Part shown: piece after piece, positions 56,673 to 64,000 of the stretch | Numbering within the stretch: the first letter of the stretch is position 1 | Layout: every line of letters begins with the position of its first letter | Position numbers and translations under genes: made by a program | Notes under the pieces: model-generated | What the model was told of the DNA's origin: nothing | Database searches by the model: none | What the model saw: the letters and a program-made list of their open reading frames with translations, nothing else | Assembly: GCF_009914755.1 (NCBI RefSeq) | Contig: NC_060925.1 | Origin: the human T2T-CHM13v2.0 reference genome, Homo sapiens | Strand: one strand, 5' to 3' | Length of the DNA: 64,000 bases

Positions 56673-58608
56673 ATTGAGAGGGAGGGAGAAAGAAAGGGAG
56701 CGACAGATGGGTCAGCATGGAAGGTGTATCCTCATTCACAGCCCTGGGAGGAATCAGTCAATCCACCTACTGGTCAAGACCAACTCTGGTGGTGCCTGGC
56801 TGACAGTGGGAATGTGACTTTTCATTTAAGAATGGGTTTGCATTTCCTAGGAAAAGAATGTAGGAGTTGGAGTCTCAAGGAGTGTTTTTTTTTTCCTTTT
56901 GTGATTGAGAGAGCACAGCCTTGTGTGCATTGGCTGACAGTTACCAATCTGCGTGTTGGGGATAGCCACAGAGAAGAGACAGAGGGAACCGCAGACAGTG
57001 AGCAGGAGTCTGGTGGAACCAGTCTGCCTTTAGGCCCAAACCCCCAACTATGAATACCTCACCTTAGGGAGCTCAGTCTTTTGTTTGTTCATAAAAAACC
57101 AATCTGGGAACCAGAGGTGGACAGGAAAGAGGAGGCTGACCTGCTGCTCCCAGGTTAATGTGATCTTGGCTGGTGTTGACAAGTGTATTATGGTTCATAG
57201 CATAGCACAAACCCTTAGAGATTCCCCTTGCCCTCACCGGGGTCACCACACCAAACCAGGTATCTTCAGGAGTGAGGACCACAAAAAATTGGAGATCTCA
57301 CCAGGGTGGGCAGAGATTTCTTTGTTAAAGTCTGAAGGAGAGAAGACTCAGGGGCATCTCTCTGGCTCCAAATCTCTGAAGGGCCAAAGGCAGAAGTGCT
57401 GGGGGAGTGTCAAGTTTTCATTTACAACAGGGACAGCCTGACAGTGGCTGCCTTATGTGGCAGTGAGTTTCAGTCAACAGTCAACAGAGGCCCAACGACT
57501 ACTCACCAATGGGACCAGGTGGCCATAGAGGGCTGGGGAGGGCAGAGCAAGGACCCTGCAGGTCACCGCAGGCTCCTGCCTCAGATCCTCTGACTGAGGG
57601 ATGATCTGGTGAAGGATTGGTGACAGACAAGGCCATTTGAGGCAGTGTTCATCATATCCTTGGGACATGTCAAGGCTACAACTTGACATTTATAGGCTGG
57701 TTTCTGCAGGAGAACCTACATCATGAATTGCTACCCATGGTGGAGGGGTGAATGCTCTGCATCTCAGGCCTTCCTTGCTCTATGTGGCTTCTCAGGAAAA
57801 GGAAAGAGAATAGGATGAGGATGAAAGAAAGCAGGGAGAAAAGGAAGGGGAGGGGCTCTCAGAAGATGGAACTCCAGCTAGTTGGGCACTTGCTCTGTTC
57901 CAGCACTTATATTCTTGGCCACATTGGATCTTGGTACAACCTTCTGTGGTTGCTTTATAAGTGATGGTCCAGGCGAACTCTCAGCCAGTGAAGTCCTAGG
58001 TGTGCCTGTCTGTCAAGCCTGTTGTATTTGGTGTACCCCATGGCCTTCTTCAGGTGGGCAGCACGGTGGCTCAAGCCTGAAAGGTCACTCAGAGTTCATT
58101 TCTTACAGCCCTCGCCCACTCCCTGCAGGCCCTGCCTCCTGCGATCCACTTGCCCTCTGCTTGATTTGTCCAATCTGTGGATTTATAGAAAAAAGAGTGG
58201 GGTGCTTGGCTCCCTCCTGTGGTTAGAGCAGTCAGAAGCTGTTGCTTGCAGGAAGCCTTGCCTTTTAGGAGTGCTAAAAAGATCACCACAATGGAAAAGA
58301 TTTGGCAGAGCTAAGACATAGGGGGATATTCCAGGAATGGGGTTATCTGGCACATAGTAGGTACTCCACACAAGTCTAATGAATTAGTGAATGAAGTAGA
58401 AACCTGGAGGCAGGGGTAGGCTATTGAGGGAAAAAGGAACCAAGGCAAAGAGATGTTAAGGCACAGCATCCAATCAGGAAGGGTGCCAGCTGGGGCAAAA
58501 TACCAGGCTCTGGACCCAGCTCTCCAGCCATCCCTGGGAACCCTGCACCAGCTATCTCCCCTGTGGGGCTAAAGCCCCCTTGTACAATCATGGGGTTGAT
58601 GTATATGG

Positions 58609-58778
58609 GTGGTGCTCATTCCGGGCTGCACTTATTAATCACCTGGGAGGTTTTCAAAAATGATAACTGGGCCCTATAATTACAGATTTTGATTTAATAG
58701 GTCTGAGTTGGGGCCTGTGCAATGCATTTTTTGAAAGCTCCCAGGTGATTCTGGAGTGCCTCTGAGGCTAAGAACCAG
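58609..58778. mobile_element. MER5-family hAT MITE
   Basis: ggctgcac...aatcacctgggagg...cagattttgatttaataggtctgagttggggcc...aagctcccaggtgattct...aagaacca. Confidence 0.75.
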
Positions 58779-59981
58779 GCGTGGGTTATTTTTCTGAATG
58801 CTTCCAGCTCATACTGCTTGTGATTCAGAGCTTTTTTTTTTTTTTTTTTTAAAGAAATTTCACTAAATTAAATTTGTATCCTGTGCTAGTAGACTATGTT
58901 ATTTCACCATTAGGACAATGGGCTGATATTTGTCACCAATAAATCTAAAGATAGATCTTGATGTTTGCAACCATAAGATGATCCCCACCATAGGCAAGGG
59001 GAATATGATTTATTCCCCATGCCTCTAATGAAATTAAGCGTGCGTTATAAAGAAAGATGCACTATTGAGATACAAACTAGTAATGACAGTTTAACTTTCA
59101 AATTGCTATTTTGTTAAGGCTACCATTGTATTGCTTCAGTGCTTAATGGTGCATTATTCATGTAGCAAACATGGAAAATCCATTGGGAGAGAAAGTGTAA
59201 CACACTCAAGAGATGATTTGAGGCCTCTGGACTTTGTCACATCCCTAAGAACTATTACTTCATTCCCTTCTCTGTTTGTTCTCCTCTATTCTGTGCAAGA
59301 AGGTTAACACTGATGGGGGAAAAGAAAAAGGAAAAATAATCTACAGCATGGGTAGCTACACTTTAGATACATCACTTAGAGCAACTTGCTCCTATTAGAC
59401 AAGTCCAAAGGGCAAGCATTACATTGAGGCATTTCTCAGATCTCTCCTTGCTGGGGAACATATTTTAGAATTCTGAGTTGTGTCTGTGCTGGCAGCCTTG
59501 GCTGGCCACACTTCCTTGCCATCTCTCCCTCCATCCTAACAGGCTCTGGCCTACCACTGTGTGAGCTAGAAAGGTTGTTAACATGGCTAGCTCATAGAGA
59601 AGTTGCTAACTGGGCCCAGATGAGACTGTTGCCAGATGACACAAGCTCTGGGTTGGATTAGCAAGAAACCACTTGGAACAATATCAGTAATAAGAACCAC
59701 CATTGATTGAGTGCTACCACATGCCAGATGTGATGCTGCACATGAATAGTTGGACTGATTTTCTTTATCAGCCCAAGGCATAAAAATAGGTTATATCACT
59801 TTTGCTTTTCATTTAATTGCTTAAGGCCTATCTGCCAATCATGTCCATCTTCCTTGACTTTTTCAAGAACATTGTGTAGTGTAAAGCATTTGGTGATGTT
59901 TCCAAATGTACTCAATCTATCAGAGAGAATCTAATCTCGATTGTTAGGGGGAAGAGATTGGCTTGATTCTGTGCAAATTTA

Positions 59982-60279
59982 TTTATTTATTTATTTTTGA
60001 GAGAGGGTCTTGCTCTGTTGCCCAGGCTGCAATGCAGTGGCACAATCTTGGCTCACTCCAACCTCCACTTTCCAGGTTCAAGCGATTCTCCTGTCTCAGC
60101 CTCCTGAGTAGCTGGGATTACTGGTGCCTGCTACCACATCTGGCTAGTGTTTGTATTTTTAGTAGAGACAGGGTTCCACCATGTTAGCCAGGCTGGTCTT
60201 AAACTCCTGACCTAGGTGATCTGCCTGCCTCGGCCTTCCAAAGTGTTGGGATTACAGGCATGAGCCACCATGCCTGGCC
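59982..60279 (-). mobile_element. AluS
   Basis: Dimeric Alu with (TTTA)n tail; TSD ctgtgcaaattta at 59969-59981 and 60284-60296. Confidence 0.93.
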
Positions 60280-60387
60280 ACCCCTGTGCAAATTTAGCTC
60301 CCTCTCCCAAGTAGTCAAATCTTGGGACATTTTGCAAAGGATAATCTTTGTGAGGCTTAAAGAATCCTGTTACAGCTGTTCCACATC

Positions 60388-60752
60388 TGTATTAGTCTGT
60401 TTTCACACTGCTATGAAGATACTACCTGAGACTGGGTAATTCATAAACAAAAGAGGTTTAGTTGACTCACAGTTCCACATGGTTGGGGAAGCCTCAGGAA
60501 ACTTTGAATCATGACAGAAGGCAAAGGGGAAACAAGGACCTTCTTTGCAAGGTGGCAGGAGACAGCGAGAGAACCAGGAAGTGCCACACTTTAAAACCAT
60601 CAGTTCTTGTGAGAACTGACTCACTTATCACGAGAACAGCATGGGTGAAACTGCCTTCATAATCCAATCACCTCCTACCAGGTCTCTCCCTCAACACATG
60701 GGGATTACAATTTGAGATGAGATCTGGGTGGGGACACAGCCAAACCATATTA
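60388..60752 (-). mobile_element. THE1 (THE1C/D-like) solo LTR
   Basis: tgtattagtctgttttcacactgctat...gactcacagttccacatgg...ggacacagccaaaccatatta; TSD acatc/atatc. Confidence 0.92.
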
Positions 60753-60850
60753 ATATCTTAGCGTGTACCTTGTGGTCTTTTGTTTGCAATAACTCAGAGA
60801 TGCAACTGAAGTGTTCAGAGAAAAATAAAACGTCTATTTCAAGGTGATAA

Positions 60851-61184
<334 letters not shown>

Positions 61185-61408
61185 AAACCCACTGGTAGGT
61201 TCTCTTGATGAAAAAAATTCTAAGTTCTGTTTTGCCTGGCAGTCTATCATACATGTATACATAATTTAGTCTTCACAACAACTTTGCAAAGTAGATGACT
61301 TAATCTCATAGAACTTTTATTATCATAATGATAGTGAAAGTTTATATTTTCTTACCACTTTTTCTTTGTTCCAGGTTGTGCCAGGTTGTATATAAATAAT
61401 AAATACTG

Positions 61409-61717
61409 GGCTGGGTGCAGCGGCTCACACCTGTAATCCCAACACTTTGGGAGGCCAAGGAGGGTGGATCACTTGAGGTCAGATCACTTGAGGTCAGGAG
61501 TTCAAGAGCAGTCTGATCAACATGGTGCAACCCCATCTCTACTAAAAATACAAAATGAACCGGGCATGGTGGCAGATACCTGTAATCCCAGTTACTCAAG
61601 AGGCTGGGGTGGGTGAATCACTGAAACCTGGGAGGTGGAGGCTGCAGTGAGCCAAGATCGTGCTATTGAACTCCAGCCTGGACAACAAGAGCGAAACTGT
61701 CTCAAAAAAAAAAAAAA
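61409..61717 (+). mobile_element. AluSq/Sp-like with a 15-bp internal tandem duplication
   Basis: gatcacttgaggtca twice at 61467-61496; caacaagagcgaaact; A tail. Confidence 0.92.
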
Positions 61718-62416
61718 GTGCTATTGCTAATCCTTACCATAAGACCACAGGTAGGTATTATTATTCCATTTAACAACTAGGAAATCAAGTCTCAGAGATG
61801 TTAAGTCCTTTGCCCAAGTTTCGGTAGTTTACACATTTCACAAATCACAGAGGTAGGATTCAATAGTACATCTCACCGACTTCCAAACCCATGATTTTCA
61901 CTGCGGGAAGTTATATGCCTACAGATTTTTACCTGTCTTAGAGCAGGTGGGATGTGCTTTTCCAAAGGATCCATTTCTAAAAAGGTTAGGAAGTGCATTT
62001 CAGAGATGTTATGCAGGGAACTCCTGTCACAGGGAAGGAGGGGATGGACAACGTCCCTCCAGCTCATGAAGTGACTTGTAAACCAGCAGACAGTCCCATT
62101 GCTGAGCTCAGAGTCTGATGCAAAGAATATATCGGGAAAGATATTTGTTGAAGAGAGAACTTGTTCTGACTTGGGACTGATTAAATGTTAAAGAAAATAC
62201 CCTAGGATCTATCAGAGGAGGGGAGGTTACTGTGGTCTGCAGCGGTCAGGAAAGGCAGAGGCAAATTTTGACTCGGGATATGAAAAACTTGCTTACTGCC
62301 AGTCATTGACGATAGGGCAGGATCCATCAGGTTGTCATGACAAGTTTTCCCATCACTTATGGGTTTCCAGGAGCAAATTTCTCTTTTCTCCTGCGTATGA
62401 ACAACCTTTAACAACA

Positions 62417-62447
62417 CTGCAGTGCTAGTTTTGCCTCTAGATGGCAC
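62417..62447 (+). promoter_or_regulatory. Candidate CTCF site, core plus upstream motif
   Basis: cTGCAGTGCT-agttttg-CCTCTAGATGGCAC: 13/14 core match with the TGCAG module 16 bp upstream. Confidence 0.65.
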
Positions 62448-63249
62448 TCATGTACTTTTACAGCTTTTACTGCTTAGCTTCCAAAGAAACAGCACTGGTT
62501 CTGTCCAATGTTTTCCCAATTTCTTTTTGTTGTATTTCTCTAGGTCATGGTGTCCATTTACGGTGAATGAAACGCCAGAGGACAGACACATGTTTATTTT
62601 ATTGATTATTAATTCATGCATGTGTATCTTCTCTGAGGATAAAAAGAATTTGAGGCTGAACGACCAGTCTAGCATCCTGTATTACACATATTTGAGGCAG
62701 ACAGCACAGGTGCCCTTGAGACAGTCCTTCTGATGCAAGAGGAACTTTCATTCTCTTTGGATCCTTGCACAGAGGGTCAGGCTTTGGACTTTGAGTCTAT
62801 GAAGGGACAAGATTCTGACACAGCCCTGCCCTGGGGAAAAGAACCAGTTTTGTCTCAAGTGGCAGAGAGGTGGAGGAAATTTGTTTTCTTCAATTCCATA
62901 TTTATTACTTTTTGTTTGCTCTTAACTATTCTATTATTCTGAGACACATCTAGGTAGACAGGATGGAGGTAAGGCACAATCATAAGCACTGTATTTAGGG
63001 AAGTCATGAGAAACTGTGAATTTGAAATTACCAGACAGATGTAACAATCAATAAACTAGGAACATAGGAATTGGAGGCGAGGCAAGGGTTGGTAAAAGAT
63101 AAATGATATTATCCCAGGTTTTCTAAGCTTGGATAGGGGAGAATGAATTTGAGTTTGGAGTGAGAAGTTCTGGGAATGGGGCTGAGCCTGGGCTAGTTGA
63201 ATTTTGAGATGGAGCAGAAGCATCTCTCCTTCCTCTGACCTTGCCCAGT

Positions 63250-63570
63250 ATCTTATGACTATGTCTTTACTTAATAAATATACGAGCACCTCTCGTGTTT
63301 CAGGTATGGGTAAAGGCATTGAGGAAGTAGCTATGGATGAGGCAAACAAAACTTCTTCCCATGAGCTTGCATGTTAGTAGCAGAAGTAAAAATCCAATAA
63401 CAAAATCATTTCAGATGATGGTAAATGCTATGAGGATGACAAGATAGAAAACCATAATAGAGAGTGATTGAGATGAGGTTTATTTAGATAGAGAAGTCAT
63501 GGTAGACTTTTCTGGGGTGATGTTGGAGCTGAAACCTGAACAAAGAGAAGGAACCAGCTCTCTATTGATA
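63250..63570 (-). mobile_element. L2 3' fragment
   Basis: aataaatatacgagcacc...catgagcttgcatgttagtag...ggtaaatgctatgagga...tttagatagagaagtc...gagctgaaacctgaa. Confidence 0.8.
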
Positions 63571-64000
63571 TTTGCAATTCCAAGGAAACTACAGTTAAAG
63601 GCAGTCAACTGCCCTGGTAATATCCTAGAAAGGCTTGAGACTGTATGCATAACAAAGAATGAGAATTAAAAGTGGGGGCCCAGACAGGAGGATGAGTTGA
63701 AGCTTTGTACATGCAAGTCGACTTGCATCATATCCCCATGTGCAGAATGGCCTTTAGGCAGTATTTATACCTTGGCAAAAGCAAACCAAACAGGCCATAA
63801 CTTTGATTACATCAGACAAACAAAATAAAATAAAATAAAATAGAAGTTCCTTTTAAAAAATATTAAAGAAGCCATCTAGGAGAGCAGGTGTAGCTACTGC
63901 CTACCTGTGTAAACCTTTCCATAATCTGGCACTTTTTTGAGGGAGAGGTGCTCTAGAGAAATGACTGGTTTCCTGGTAGCTGATAAAGTTTGATGGTCTG

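Noticed and set aside
56134-57053. 227- and 220-aa Cys/Val-rich ORFs
   Set aside because: Artefacts of the (TG)n tract, which lacks stop codons

Overview
Primate (human-like) non-coding genomic DNA dominated by interspersed repeats: Alu J/S/Y, L1PA, L1MC, L2, MIR, MaLR solo LTRs and hAT MITEs. No intact protein-coding gene, RNA gene or prokaryotic system is supported. The only gene-derived sequence is a 5'-truncated processed pseudogene of CYP46A1 (42216-43120, probably CYP46A4P) nested in an old L1. From recall rather than from the sequence, this places the window at human 1p33 between TRABD2B and SKINT1L. The most notable observations are: (i) several local templated-copy and fold-back scars (a 77-bp copy 2.7 kb from its donor, a ~95-bp copy, two hairpin rewrites inside repeats); (ii) two extended CTCF motifs (core plus upstream TGCAG module), one in a CpG-retaining patch hit by a twin-primed L1PA3-like insertion; (iii) a CYP46A1 polyA signal supplied by an L2 3' end; (iv) minus-strand splice and polyA signals outlining the 3' end of a transcript at 54-57 kb; (v) repeat-free homeobox/SOX motif clusters that look like enhancers. 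I found no convincing wholly new biological system. Repeat subfamily calls and the boundaries of old repeats are by-eye estimates.
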